A stretch of DNA of 64,000 bases from a virus: positions 24,688-88,687 of IMG/VR virus record IMGVR_UViG_3300020057_001229; one strand, 5' to 3'. A program made the position numbers and the translations under genes. Under the pieces are notes generated by a model, which did no database searches, was not told the DNA's origin, and worked only from the letters and a program-made list of their open reading frames with translations. Every line of letters starts with the position of its first letter. Position 1 is the first letter of the stretch. This document shows, piece after piece, positions 35,889 through 45,507 of the stretch.

Positions 35889-36623
35889 TTGGAACTGAAT
35901 GAGAGCACCGTAGCAAACGGCTATCTTCTTTTCAAGAGCTTAAAACTTTTTATTTATTTATCAGATCAGGTGTTTATGAAAGAGCTGCCTAAAACTAGAG
36001 ACGAGCAAAAGCAAGCCATTTTAGACCTAGCCAAGCTCAAGCTGACCTTCGGGCGGGAGCAGCCTGTTTCCTTCTTTTTCTTCAAAGGTCCCACCTGTCT
36101 AGTTATCAACAATGAGGCAGGCTTTTCACGAAACACCCTTTTATTGCTTGCACAGACGGTTGTACTTTGGTTGAGCCCAGACGAGTACGTAACTGTGTCG
36201 GAAGCTGTCATGACAACTTTTCCAATGGACGAAGATAAAACCCCAGAAGAAATTCAGAAAAATTTCGATGAGAGAGCTAAAGAGGTGCAAGCCAAGTTGG
36301 AGGCAGGTGAAGGCACACGTATAGAATGTCTGCTTTTCGCCGAAGCAACGAAGACTAGTCGCAAGCTTGTGACTTACGAAATAAAACGTACCGGCGAGTT
36401 CGTAGACTTTGTAAAAGCCATCGCACCTACAAGCCCTGAAGTGGAATTGCGCGGAGACTTCTTCTCTCTGTTCGACTACACAGCAGAAGTGAAGGATGGT
36501 CACGACATCAATAAGGTATTTGAGCCCTTATTCGAACAGGGAATTTTGATGACGTTTAAGGACTACTGGAAGCGCTGCCAAGATCTGCTTAAACAAGACA
36601 AACAGGACGTTATTTGGAACTGA
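35889..36623 (+). CDS. Hypothetical protein (probable start MKELPK)
   Basis: Long ORF. Confidence 0.65.
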   Translation: MELNESTVANGYLLFKSLKLFIYLSDQVFMKELPKTRDEQKQAILDLAKLKLTFGREQPVSFFFFKGPTCLVINNEAGFSRNTLLLLAQTVVLWLSPDEYVTVSEAVMTTFPMDEDKTPEEIQKNFDERAKEVQAKLEAGEGTRIECLLFAEATKTSRKLVTYEIKRTGEFVDFVKAIAPTSPEVELRGDFFSLFDYTAEVKDGHDINKVFEPLFEQGILMTFKDYWKRCQDLLKQDKQDVIWN

Positions 36624-37326
36624 TTCCTTTGGGGAGATCAAGTTGGAACGTCACAGGCTTATTGACCATGCGGTAGTCACGATTTACGACTGAGGCATTA
36701 ATCATCTTGATCCCTTCAAGATCCCCACGTCCGTCGAAAACTCCGTAGCCCTCATGGATATGCCCGAAGATGTGAGCTTGCGGCTTCACACGACGGATTG
36801 CGTCTAGAAGCTCGTGGCAGCCGACGTATTCGTGCTTGACGACGCTGCGCTCAGACAGGTCAGGACTACGACGCCAATAGACTCTATCCACTCTGTCGCC
36901 GTAGCCGTGCGGTGGACCATGTGTGATTAAGATGTCGGTATCGTCGGGGATCTGGTCCCAATGGATAAATAAATCACCACGGGGAACATTGAACGCCCAA
37001 TCGCAGAACTCAGGCTGTTGCGGTGCGCCGTAGATCTTGAAGCCGTCAATGATGACTTCGTTTTCTTGGAGGTAGATCAAGCGGTCGGACAGGTGTTCCT
37101 TTATGAACATGTCTCGTTGGTCTTTACGCTCGAACGTCAGCTCGTGGTTACCTGCAATGAAGACGATGTGACGGTAGATGGCGAGCTGCTTTTTGAAATA
37201 ATCAATGGTCGCCATGACCTCTTCACGTCGTCCCTTCCACGTAAAGTCACCTGCATGTAGGAGGAGATCGCCACCAGGAAGTTCAGGAAATTGACAATGG
37301 GTATCGCTGATGGCGGTTACTAACAT
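36610..37326 (-). CDS. Calcineurin-like metallophosphoesterase
   Basis: SDTH, HAGD, GNHE, THGPP, FGHIHE. Confidence 0.93.
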   Translation of the reverse strand: MLVTAISDTHCQFPELPGGDLLLHAGDFTWKGRREEVMATIDYFKKQLAIYRHIVFIAGNHELTFERKDQRDMFIKEHLSDRLIYLQENEVIIDGFKIYGAPQQPEFCDWAFNVPRGDLFIHWDQIPDDTDILITHGPPHGYGDRVDRVYWRRSPDLSERSVVKHEYVGCHELLDAIRRVKPQAHIFGHIHEGYGVFDGRGDLEGIKMINASVVNRDYRMVNKPVTFQLDLPKGISSK

Positions 37327-37337
37327 GGGGTCTCTCT

Positions 37338-37580
37338 TTACGGTTCCTTAGCTGGAATTATTATGGTGTCCACAACGTCGTCGGCTTGCGTGTAGGTTCC
37401 TTCGCCACGAGGACGAACTGATTTAGCTGCCTCAAAAGCAGCCATGAACCAGTGGATGAGTTCTATACGTTGAGGTTCGGAATACTTCTGCCACATCGTT
37501 TGTGCTTTTATGTGCCAGGAGCGGTCAAGTGTCGTGCCGTACTCGGTGCCTAAACGTTCAATCTCTGCTTGAAGACTCAT
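37338..37580 (-). CDS. Hypothetical protein
   Basis: Coupled operon ORF. Confidence 0.55.
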   Translation of the reverse strand: MSLQAEIERLGTEYGTTLDRSWHIKAQTMWQKYSEPQRIELIHWFMAAFEAAKSVRPRGEGTYTQADDVVDTIIIPAKEP

Positions 37581-37897
37581 CGAGTTATCTCTCCTAGTTT
37601 GGTTGTAATTTGTGTTCTGAAGGCATTTGACAGCATAAGTTTTAAGATCTCAGGAGCGCCCTGCAAAACGAACCCACCAAGAACTTCGTGGATGTTCTTT
37701 TCAAGACCGTACTTAGAGCCTCTTGCTGCCGGAACATCAAACTCGCCCGAAGAGGTTTCAAGAGCTTGGTAAATAACCTTTTCATCTCGTTCTAGCTTGT
37801 TGGTGCGTTTGTTTTTAAAATCTACACCCTCTTCGATGACACAACGAATCCAAGCGAGAGCTAGAACTTGTTTTATGAGCATTTCAACCTGAGTCAT
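37577..37897 (-). CDS. Hypothetical protein
   Basis: Coupled operon ORF. Confidence 0.55.
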   Translation of the reverse strand: MTQVEMLIKQVLALAWIRCVIEEGVDFKNKRTNKLERDEKVIYQALETSSGEFDVPAARGSKYGLEKNIHEVLGGFVLQGAPEILKLMLSNAFRTQITTKLGEITR

Positions 37898-37899
37898 TA

Positions 37900-38181
37900 C
37901 TATCTCCCACCGAAGTAGCCGTAGGTTTCATAACTGTCGTCGGAGTCGTGAGCATTGTTGTTTGCGACTACAGGACATTCTTCTTTTAACTGTGGCGGAT
38001 CTTTCACCAACTTTAGCAGATGGAGAAGATACTCACCAGGATCTTCTGCATCACTCACCGCTTTTTCCTTTTCAGGATAAAGGGGATGTCCGCTGGCTTT
38101 TTTAACCAGTTTGATGTCTTCGAAGAGGTTGTCTACAACCGTCTCGTCGGTATCTAAATTGCGTATGATGACTTTGAACAT
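37900..38181 (-). CDS. Hypothetical protein
   Basis: Operon ORF. Confidence 0.55.
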   Translation of the reverse strand: MFKVIIRNLDTDETVVDNLFEDIKLVKKASGHPLYPEKEKAVSDAEDPGEYLLHLLKLVKDPPQLKEECPVVANNNAHDSDDSYETYGYFGGR

Positions 38182-38254
38182 AGGGAGGTAATCTCAGGGC
38201 GCAAAAAAGCCTTCTTGGTTCCCCTACGGCGACAAGAAGGCTTTAATGCAAAGC

Positions 38255-38632
38255 TTAGAACGTAACGATAGCTTTACACTTATCGAGGATAAGTTTTTCG
38301 CCTTCAGCACCGATAGCACCACCCGTACAACCCCATTCGGTTGGAAGAGCAGAAACACCCATACCGACGACAAACTTGCTGACCTGACCGCAGACGAGAT
38401 CGCCGACGAGCCCTTGAGCACCTTCAGCACACATCTTAAGGTCGGTGACTGGCTTGGTTAGTGTTGCTTTGACTGCGGCAACATTGGAACAAGCAAGTGC
38501 TTCAGCTACACCTTGAGCAGCACCGTCAAGAGCACGGACGGCAGTGTCACAGAGGGGATCTGTAACGGCGGTCTTTGTGCAGCCTGAAAGAGCGATGACC
38601 GCAAAAAGCGGTAGAACTAGAAAACGTTTCAT
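38255..38632 (-). CDS. Lipoprotein
   Basis: Lipobox ALSGC; GGAGG RBS; adjacent to the endolysin. Confidence 0.75.
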   Translation of the reverse strand: MKRFLVLPLFAVIALSGCTKTAVTDPLCDTAVRALDGAAQGVAEALACSNVAAVKATLTKPVTDLKMCAEGAQGLVGDLVCGQVSKFVVGMGVSALPTEWGCTGGAIGAEGEKLILDKCKAIVTF

Positions 38633-38703
38633 AAGGAGCCTCCAAAAAGTGAATCATGATTAGTCTGAAGTCTATGGAAAAAACCAGACGAAGGCAAGCC
38701 TTC

Positions 38704-39381
38704 TCACACCTTTTTCTTAGCTGGTGCCTTTTTCTTAGTCTTAGGTTTCGGCGTCAAAGGTGTAACGAGAGGAGCTGGTGCCTTTACTTTTTTAACAGCG
38801 GGCTTTTTCTTTGCTGCTGGCTTCTTAACCGTTGACAGAAGCTCCCAAGCTCCAGCTAAGCCTTTAGCAGCTTTGGCTGCCTTCAGCTCGTGGACGGTTA
38901 CAGCAGTCTTCCATTGGACGTGGGGGTACTCTGGAAAGGAAGTCCAATCACCTGCCCAACTTAACTTGTCTGAAAACTGCGCCTTGATAATTTTCCCAAG
39001 TAGACCGTAGTTACCATTCCAAGTCCACTGATAACCCGGCTTCGCGGCGTCGTTGTCGAAAACGAGGTCTACGGCAAGTCCGTAGTTGTGGAAGCTTAAA
39101 CCGGCGTCGGCGTTTGTTACTTTGATCCCAGGAGTTGTTCGACCTTGAGCGTAGAGCTGAGCTTGACGCTCGTCGGAGCGGTTTGCTTCAAAGGCGTAAA
39201 TTAAAAGACCCTCTTTGTGGCACTCCGTAAGTAGCGCTGCGATTGCGTCAGCGAACGGCTTGTAGACGGAAGGATCTGCCATGTCTCTATTGATAGGGAA
39301 CGCAACAGCAGCAGCTACCACTTCTTCAGAGGGCACTTTTCTTTTTCTGAACGCACCTTTAAACCAATCAAACATAAACAC
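38704..39381 (-). CDS. M15-family peptidase endolysin with basic C-terminal tail
   Basis: RS..RQ..LYAQGRT.PG..VTNA, SFHNYGLAVD, EYPHVQ. Confidence 0.9.
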   Translation of the reverse strand: MFMFDWFKGAFRKRKVPSEEVVAAAVAFPINRDMADPSVYKPFADAIAALLTECHKEGLLIYAFEANRSDERQAQLYAQGRTTPGIKVTNADAGLSFHNYGLAVDLVFDNDAAKPGYQWTWNGNYGLLGKIIKAQFSDKLSWAGDWTSFPEYPHVQWKTAVTVHELKAAKAAKGLAGAWELLSTVKKPAAKKKPAVKKVKAPAPLVTPLTPKPKTKKKAPAKKKV

Positions 39382-39536
39382 CTCCTACATTGAACGTTGA
39401 TAACGTCTAGATGTTCGCAGTTCATGCAAATGTCTAGGCGTCTCTTACTCTCCTCAAGCGAAGCTGGTTTGTAGAAAATCAGATATCTCAGAAAACGAAA
39501 CGGTGCTGAAACGTAACGCCACAACACCGTCAACAT
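39315..39536 (-). CDS. Small Cys-rich protein
   Basis: RRLDIC..C...C..C.C....K......CP..KW. Confidence 0.6.
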   Translation of the reverse strand: MLTVLWRYVSAPFRFLRYLIFYKPASLEESKRRLDICMNCEHLDVINVQCRRCLCLIGLKVRSEKEKCPLKKW

Positions 39537-39540
39537 TTAG

Positions 39541-40566
39541 TCACCCTTTCGACAAAGCATCTACGAAGGCGACGGCATTGAGTCCGCCGAACCCGTAAAT
39601 ATCGTCTCGACCGGCTGCACCGAGATCTTTGGCTGTTCTAAGCAAAGTCTCCATAGCAATCTTTTTGATGTCTTTCCTGTCGAGACCTGGGTGTCTCAAT
39701 TTTAGGAAGGACATGCCGAGCGTCAAAAGACCTGTAACTATAGGTGTCGCCATCGACGTGCCCGAAAGTTTTCTGAACTTGCCTTCAAGGTATGTGCTGT
39801 AACAGCTCACGCCGGGGGCACTGATGTCTACGTAACCACCATAATTTGAGAACTCAGCTTTCGTTTCTCGTTTGTCGAAAGCGGAGACCGCAAGGAGAGG
39901 TTCAAAGGAAGCAGGATAAAATGGGAGGTTTGAATTAGAATTACCGGCAGCCGCACAAATCAAGACACCTTCGGCTGCAAGCTGCTTTACGATACGTTCT
40001 TGAGCTGCCGACTTCTGAAAACTACCTAATGACATATTAACAAGGTTAGCGTCTTTGTCTGCGAGGACATGTTTCAGAGCCGCCGTCGAAGCGTCCGCTG
40101 TCCCTGTTCCCGCATCATCGAGCGTTCTTAACGAATAAAGATCACACTTTGGAGCAATGCCAATCCCTGCACCGCCGATTTTACCGCAAACCCACGTCCC
40201 GTGACCGTTACCGTCTTTAGGGTTTGGCTCCGCTTCGATAAAGGAAAGCATTTTCCCTTTTTGATGGGCGAAGGCAGGGTGCGAATTGTCGATGCCGGTG
40301 TCAATGACGTAGACTTTAACCCCTTGACCACGGATGCCGTACTGAGTCCAAAGGCGTTGAAGCTCCAAATATTCAAAGTCGAAAAGACTATCAGGTGCCG
40401 ACGTTACCGCCGCACCTTCCCAAATAGGCTCCACTCTTTGAATGACTAAATCCTGCTTTAAGCGGGCTAAGTTTTCTAGATGCTCTAAGTGATACTTACG
40501 ATCAAGCTCGGAAGCCTTCTTCGCCGCTTCAGCTACGTCGTTGTTATCCACTTTTTGTGTGGTCAT
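39541..40566 (-). CDS. Subtilisin-like serine protease (S8)
   Basis: IDTG, HGT, AAAGN, GTSMATP. Confidence 0.95.
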   Translation of the reverse strand: MTTQKVDNNDVAEAAKKASELDRKYHLEHLENLARLKQDLVIQRVEPIWEGAAVTSAPDSLFDFEYLELQRLWTQYGIRGQGVKVYVIDTGIDNSHPAFAHQKGKMLSFIEAEPNPKDGNGHGTWVCGKIGGAGIGIAPKCDLYSLRTLDDAGTGTADASTAALKHVLADKDANLVNMSLGSFQKSAAQERIVKQLAAEGVLICAAAGNSNSNLPFYPASFEPLLAVSAFDKRETKAEFSNYGGYVDISAPGVSCYSTYLEGKFRKLSGTSMATPIVTGLLTLGMSFLKLRHPGLDRKDIKKIAMETLLRTAKDLGAAGRDDIYGFGGLNAVAFVDALSKG

Positions 40567-41024
40567 AAACGATCCTTGAAAGGGACTTGGTAGGATTTAG
40601 TTCCTACTACTTTACCTTCTATATTTGTAAAAACAAGCTCTAGCTTGTTCTTCTCTGGTGTTTTTTCTAAGGCGCTTGTTCTGACAAAATCCTCAGCTAA
40701 AAACCAGCCGTAGTATTCGCCGTTGACAGTCAGCTTGTAAGCAACTGCGTTAGGCATCATGCCCTCAGGGCTTAACTTGATGATGCTGTGGGTTGGGTAA
40801 AAAAGGACGAGGAGTACCTTCGACCCTTGGACCTCTCCAGCAGGAGGGTCTACTTTACCGATAGGGGTCTCTTCTTTCTTCTGGATGCAGGCACATGCCG
40901 AAGATAGAAATAGGAGAAGAATAGCAATAGAATGTTTTCTAATCATGTAATTCTCGCTGAGTCGCCGGATTTTCTCCCAAAGAATCTTGACCGTCAGATC
41001 CATTCGTGTAGAATCTACCTTCAA
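40563..41024 (-). CDS. Putative lipoprotein/secreted protein
   Basis: Internal start MIRKH with hydrophobic leader and Cys. Confidence 0.55.
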   Translation of the reverse strand: MKVDSTRMDLTVKILWEKIRRLSENYMIRKHSIAILLLFLSSACACIQKKEETPIGKVDPPAGEVQGSKVLLVLFYPTHSIIKLSPEGMMPNAVAYKLTVNGEYYGWFLAEDFVRTSALEKTPEKNKLELVFTNIEGKVVGTKSYQVPFKDRL

Positions 41025-41038
41025 GCGAAGGAGCCTAA

Positions 41039-41578
41039 ATGACTACAAAAGTTACTGGATACAAACTTCAGGCAAATGCCAAGAGGCTCAAGCTACAGAT
41101 CGAGCTTTTGCGGAAGCAATTTGAAGAGAGTATTTTTCAATTTGATGGTGAAGCTAAGCAAGATCTAGCCACCGTTGGTCAAGCTTTAAAAAAAGCCGAG
41201 ACTGAGCAAGCTCAAGTAAATCATTACCAATCGGCTTATAATCACAACGTCAACGTCGTGGTCCTAGGCACCACTATGACCTTAGACGAAGCCATTAAAA
41301 GGGTCGGTTCCGCAGGACGCCTTCAAAAGCTTTGGACTAAAGCACTTCTTGGCGGCGACGGTTCGGATACGCCGAGGTGGTCAAGGATTTCCAACATGCA
41401 GACGGCTCGTGACAAAGATAAAGAATATGCCCAGCGGTCTATGTCCATAGAAGACTGTCAGCTTGCAGTTGAGCAAGCAAGCCGCTACAACTCGGCTCTT
41501 CGGGAGGCGATCCAAGTCGGCAACGGCAACGAGATCGAACTTGCGGAACAAAGCCTTGTCGGGCTGCTCAAAGATTGA
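41039..41578 (+). CDS. Coiled-coil protein (DIP1984-like pattern, tentative)
   Basis: AAGGAG RBS; helical; MTLDEAI..., EAIQ..N. Confidence 0.65.
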   Translation: MTTKVTGYKLQANAKRLKLQIELLRKQFEESIFQFDGEAKQDLATVGQALKKAETEQAQVNHYQSAYNHNVNVVVLGTTMTLDEAIKRVGSAGRLQKLWTKALLGGDGSDTPRWSRISNMQTARDKDKEYAQRSMSIEDCQLAVEQASRYNSALREAIQVGNGNEIELAEQSLVGLLKD

Positions 41579-41606
41579 ACTCGTCGCTGAGGGAAACCTC
41601 AGTTTC

Positions 41607-41812
41607 GGGGGCAGAGAGAAGTGATATCAAAGCTACAGATTTGGGTTGAGTGTACCTCAGCCGATCTAAAGAAAATGCAGCAGTCCACTTCCTATCCTTA
41701 GGGCTATTTGCGGCGCTCCAATAGAAACCGCTTCCTTCGCCTTAAACTTAGTTGATGATGTTACGTTTTCAGCTCACGCTACTACTTTTTTCACTTCTTC
41801 TCTGCTTACCCC
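41607..41812 (+). ncRNA. Candidate structured RNA closed by a long terminal stem
   Basis: GGGG-GCAGAGAGAAGTGA pairs with TCACTTCTTCTCTGC-TTA-CCCC; internal hairpins; no ORF. Confidence 0.5.
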
Positions 41813-41851
41813 ATCTTAAAAGATTCTCTGCTAACCCAGAGGATCTTTTTT

Positions 41852-42325
41852 ATGTCCAAGCTCCGCCGCAAAATAGAAACTCGTTACGTCATTGCCGAAG
41901 TTTTGCCTGCTGAGATCGACGCCGGTATGCTTGAGACCTTGAAGAAGATTGGCAAGAAAGGGTTAGGCGTCATGATTGGATTAGGCATCATGTCTACGTC
42001 AGCTAACGCCATGCACTTCACGAAGCCTTCACTTGACTCCTACATCAAGACCGTCAATCAGATCTCCGAAGAAGAGGGTGGCGGTTTCAAAGCCGAAGGC
42101 AAGTTGAAGGAGACCAACGGCGTACAAGTCGTAGAGATCAAGTACACCGGAGCTGACGGCAGTGGTAAAATCATCCACTACGTAAAAGATGCAAGGGGTG
42201 GGGAGCACGTAGAAGTTAGAGAGAAGCGGGTAGACGGCGGTGTCGATAGCAACGTTGAATGGATCTCGAAGGTTTTCTACGACGCTATGAAAAAAGACAT
42301 CTTCGACAACATGGGTAAGAACTAA
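41852..42325 (+). CDS. Hypothetical protein with RYVIA motif and hydrophobic segment
   Basis: GAGGA RBS. Confidence 0.65.
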   Translation: MSKLRRKIETRYVIAEVLPAEIDAGMLETLKKIGKKGLGVMIGLGIMSTSANAMHFTKPSLDSYIKTVNQISEEEGGGFKAEGKLKETNGVQVVEIKYTGADGSGKIIHYVKDARGGEHVEVREKRVDGGVDSNVEWISKVFYDAMKKDIFDNMGKN

Positions 42326-42385
42326 ACATGATGCCGGACGTGTGTACCCACGACCTCAAAGTTCTAGAAAAGAGACGGAGAGTTA

Positions 42386-43051
42386 ATGTCGATTAAAGCC
42401 CAAATCTATTCTGCCTACAACGTAGTTACCGCAGACGCCTCACATCCATTCCCGTCCTCCACGCTGAAAGATCCGGTTTACCACGGGACTTCGGTTTCTT
42501 TTAATGAGTTTCAAAAGAAGAAGTCCACACGTTATGTCTTGTTCGATGAAATTCATGTGGACGTACAAGGCTTCTTCTTTGCGGAAGACATACATGAAGC
42601 TAAGAGTTATGTCGGAGGTAAAGGCTGGGTAGTGGAGTGCTACGTAGATCTCAAAAAGCCGCTGTTAGATCCACGTAAACACAAACACCTAGGCGTAGAC
42701 AAACTGCCTGAGGCGTTGGAGAAGGATGTTATTGAAATCCTCTCGGAGGCTATTGAGGGCACAGAAGACGACCGTAAGATCCCTTTGATGCTCACCACTG
42801 TCTATCCCGACAACCCTAAATACGAAGATAACGATTGGATATATGAAATGATCTCCTCCGGGGGTCTCATTTGGGATGTTATGGACAATCCTAAGGTCGT
42901 GAAAAAGATGCAAGCACTTGGTTACGATGGAACCTTTGTGCATGAGCCAGATCAAAAAATAGATCGCTCCATCTTCGTACCTAGCGAGAAGCAAATCAAA
43001 ATGGTGCGCTGGATGGATGTTGGGCACATTGAAGAGGAAGAGGATGATTGA
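42386..43051 (+). CDS. ADP-ribosyltransferase-like (ART-PolyVal) domain protein
   Basis: VYHGT..F..F, GFFFAE, YV.LKKPL, GYDG, QIK. Confidence 0.75.
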   Translation: MSIKAQIYSAYNVVTADASHPFPSSTLKDPVYHGTSVSFNEFQKKKSTRYVLFDEIHVDVQGFFFAEDIHEAKSYVGGKGWVVECYVDLKKPLLDPRKHKHLGVDKLPEALEKDVIEILSEAIEGTEDDRKIPLMLTTVYPDNPKYEDNDWIYEMISSGGLIWDVMDNPKVVKKMQALGYDGTFVHEPDQKIDRSIFVPSEKQIKMVRWMDVGHIEEEEDD

Positions 43052-43114
43052 AAATTTTCAAAAAGAAAACCTCCCCCAACTAATGGTAAAATACTCAAGA
43101 TCTTCGGAGAGTTA

Positions 43115-44209
43115 ATGTCGATTAGATCCCAAATCTATTCTGCCTACAACGTAGTTACCGCAGACTTCAAGACGGTGAAGACTAAGTTTTCTAAGCTTGG
43201 GATCGAAGACGACGTCATCGACAGCTACCTGCAACAGTTCAAAGACTTGAATTCCAAAAACAAGATCAAAGAAGCTTCCAAAAAGAACATAGACTTCTGG
43301 GGCAAAAAGACTTGGAAGGAATTTCAAGAGTTTGTAGACAGTCTCTCAAAAGAGAAAACTAAGAGCGCTGAACGAAAGTCCCTAAAGATGGAGGGAGCTA
43401 AGCTTGTAGCTCAAAACGAAGACTGGAAGGTCTTTAAGATTGAGGACAAGAAAGCATGTGATCTCTACGGGTCTGGTACCAAGTGGTGCATTACAAACCC
43501 CGACGCCAAACAATGGGAGTCTTATAGTGACAAAAACAACTTCTATTTTTTCATTTCTAAGAAGCTAGATGCTTCGAACCCTCACTACAAAATTGCTATG
43601 TCTGTTTCTAGTGAAGGCAAGAAGGAGTATTGGGATGCGGAAGACAGTAAGCTATCTAGCCTTCCTTCCGCGCTTAAATTACCTAAATTTGAGATAGAAA
43701 AGGCGACAGAAAGCATCTTTATTGAAGGTAAAAAATATGACCTACACAACTTGCCTTCAGATCTCAAAGTTAGCGGCAACCTATATCTCTCCGATACTAA
43801 CATCACTGAATTGCCTTCAGGTCTCCAAGTTGGCGGCAGCCTATATCTCTACTATAGTAGCATCAAAAAATTACCTTCAGGTCTAATAGTTGGTGGCGAC
43901 CTAGATCTCAGGGATACTAAGATCACTGAATTGCCTTCAGGTCTCCAAGTTGGCGGCAGCCTATATCTCTACTATAGTAGCATCAAAAAATTACCTTCAG
44001 GTCTAATAGTTGGTGGCGACCTAGATCTCAGGGATACTAAGATCACTGAATTGCCTTCAGGTCTCCAAGTTGGCGGCAACCTATATCTCAACGGTACTCA
44101 GATCACTGAATTACCTTCAGATCTCAAAGTTGTAGGCAACCTATATCTCTATGCTGATATAAAAGTACCATCAGGTATCCAAGTTGGCGGTAGAATAATA
44201 AGACGCTAG
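43115..44209 (+). CDS. PcfJ-like domain plus 20-aa leucine-rich repeats
   Basis: [13 protein letters not shown]; C-terminal ([14 protein letters not shown]) repeats. Confidence 0.75.
   Translation: MSIRSQIYSAYNVVTADFKTVKTKFSKLGIEDDVIDSYLQQFKDLNSKNKIKEASKKNIDFWGKKTWKEFQEFVDSLSKEKTKSAERKSLKMEGAKLVAQNEDWKVFKIEDKKACDLYGSGTKWCITNPDAKQWESYSDKNNFYFFISKKLDASNPHYKIAMSVSSEGKKEYWDAEDSKLSSLPSALKLPKFEIEKATESIFIEGKKYDLHNLPSDLKVSGNLYLSDTNITELPSGLQVGGSLYLYYSSIKKLPSGLIVGGDLDLRDTKITELPSGLQVGGSLYLYYSSIKKLPSGLIVGGDLDLRDTKITELPSGLQVGGNLYLNGTQITELPSDLKVVGNLYLYADIKVPSGIQVGGRIIRR
43748..44190 (+). repeat. About seven tandem 60-bp coding repeats
   Basis: Near-perfect 120-bp duplication 43801-44040. Confidence 0.9.
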
Positions 44210-45012
44210 ACAGCTACGGGAGCCTTAATAGCTGGATGGTGTTGGTAGTCTTGGATACGAATATCTTCGTACTTGAATTCGAAGATATCTTTGACCTCAG
44301 GATTTAAGTGTAGTGTCGGCAGAGGGTAAGGCTCCCTCTTAAGCTGAAGCTTCACTTGCTCGACATGGTTCACATAGATGTGTGCATCGCCTAAGGTGTG
44401 GACAAACTCCCCTACTTGCAAACCTACAACTTGTGCAATCATGTGTGTAAGCAAAGCGTAGCTCGCAATGTTAAAGGGCACGCCTAAGAAGAGATCTGCG
44501 CTCCGTTGGTAAAGCTGACACGAGAGTTTGTTGTTAGCTACGTAAAATTGAAAGAAGCTGTGGCAAGGTGGTAAAGTCGTAAGCTCAACTTCACCTGGGT
44601 TATAGGCGACGACGAGGTGTCTGCGGCTGTCGGGGTTGGTTTTCAGGCTTTCTACGACGGTAGCTATTTGATCTAGCTTAGTACCGTCCGGCTTCTGCCA
44701 CTCACGCCACTGCTTGCTGTAGTTGCGCCCCGCTGTACCATCTTCGAGCTTCCACGCCGACCAAATCTTGACAGCATCTCTCTCAAGATCGTCGATGCTG
44801 TTGTTCCCAGCTAAGAACCAAAGAAGTTCATGGATCAAAGAATGAACATGTACTTTCTTTGTTGTAACAAGCGGAAAACCTTCTGTGAGGTCAAAGCGCA
44901 TTTGGTAGCCGAAGACGCTGAGAGTCCCTGTGCCAGTGCGGTCAGCTTTCAGCGCACCGTTAGTTAGAACGTGCTTGAGAAGCTCTAAATAATTCTGCAC
45001 TCTTAACTCCAC
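44206..45012 (-). CDS. thyA: Thymidylate synthase
   Basis: [38 protein letters not shown]. Confidence 0.97.
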   Translation of the reverse strand: MELRVQNYLELLKHVLTNGALKADRTGTGTLSVFGYQMRFDLTEGFPLVTTKKVHVHSLIHELLWFLAGNNSIDDLERDAVKIWSAWKLEDGTAGRNYSKQWREWQKPDGTKLDQIATVVESLKTNPDSRRHLVVAYNPGEVELTTLPPCHSFFQFYVANNKLSCQLYQRSADLFLGVPFNIASYALLTHMIAQVVGLQVGEFVHTLGDAHIYVNHVEQVKLQLKREPYPLPTLHLNPEVKDIFEFKYEDIRIQDYQHHPAIKAPVAV

Positions 45013-45021
45013 TCCGCGAGG

Positions 45022-45507
45022 TTAACCTCTGTCGGCATCTGACTGTGGGGGCTTTTGCCCGTAGGCTTCTAGTTCGAGTGGAATGCATCTGATAACGAAG
45101 TCGTCCCCTGTTTTCTCCGTGTTTCTAACCGTGAAAACTGTTTCACCACCTTCGGTCTCGTGACCGCTTTCTTCGATAGACTGCAAAGTAACTTTTACGA
45201 CTGACCCAGCTTTGAGACCGCCAAGTTTAGCCGTCAGCTCGTCGTCTTCGTCCGTCAAGCCTTCGAGAAGGTGTGGGAAGAAAAGCGACTTGACTGTGAC
45301 GTAGCCCATAGGCGATTCTGCTGGCTCAAAATGGCTACCCTTAGTGCCGCCGTAATATGGACGAAAGTCTGTCTCTAGCACTTCGCAGTCGTAAGCTGAC
45401 ATGTCCACTTCGACGGCGGCTTGAACGATCTTGTATTTTTGGGCAATCTCGCATCCGACCTTACCGAACTCGGCAAGTCGCATGACTTGTGTGCAAACCT
45501 TTTTCAT
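45022..45507 (-). CDS. Hypothetical protein with KYKIVQA motif
   Basis: Coupled operon ORF. Confidence 0.6.
   Translation of the reverse strand: MKKVCTQVMRLAEFGKVGCEIAQKYKIVQAAVEVDMSAYDCEVLETDFRPYYGGTKGSHFEPAESPMGYVTVKSLFFPHLLEGLTDEDDELTAKLGGLKAGSVVKVTLQSIEESGHETEGGETVFTVRNTEKTGDDFVIRCIPLELEAYGQKPPQSDADRG

Noticed and set aside
43748-44190. Possible CRISPR array or DGR repeats
   Set aside because: 60-bp units encode leucine-rich repeats; no spacers and no reverse transcriptase.
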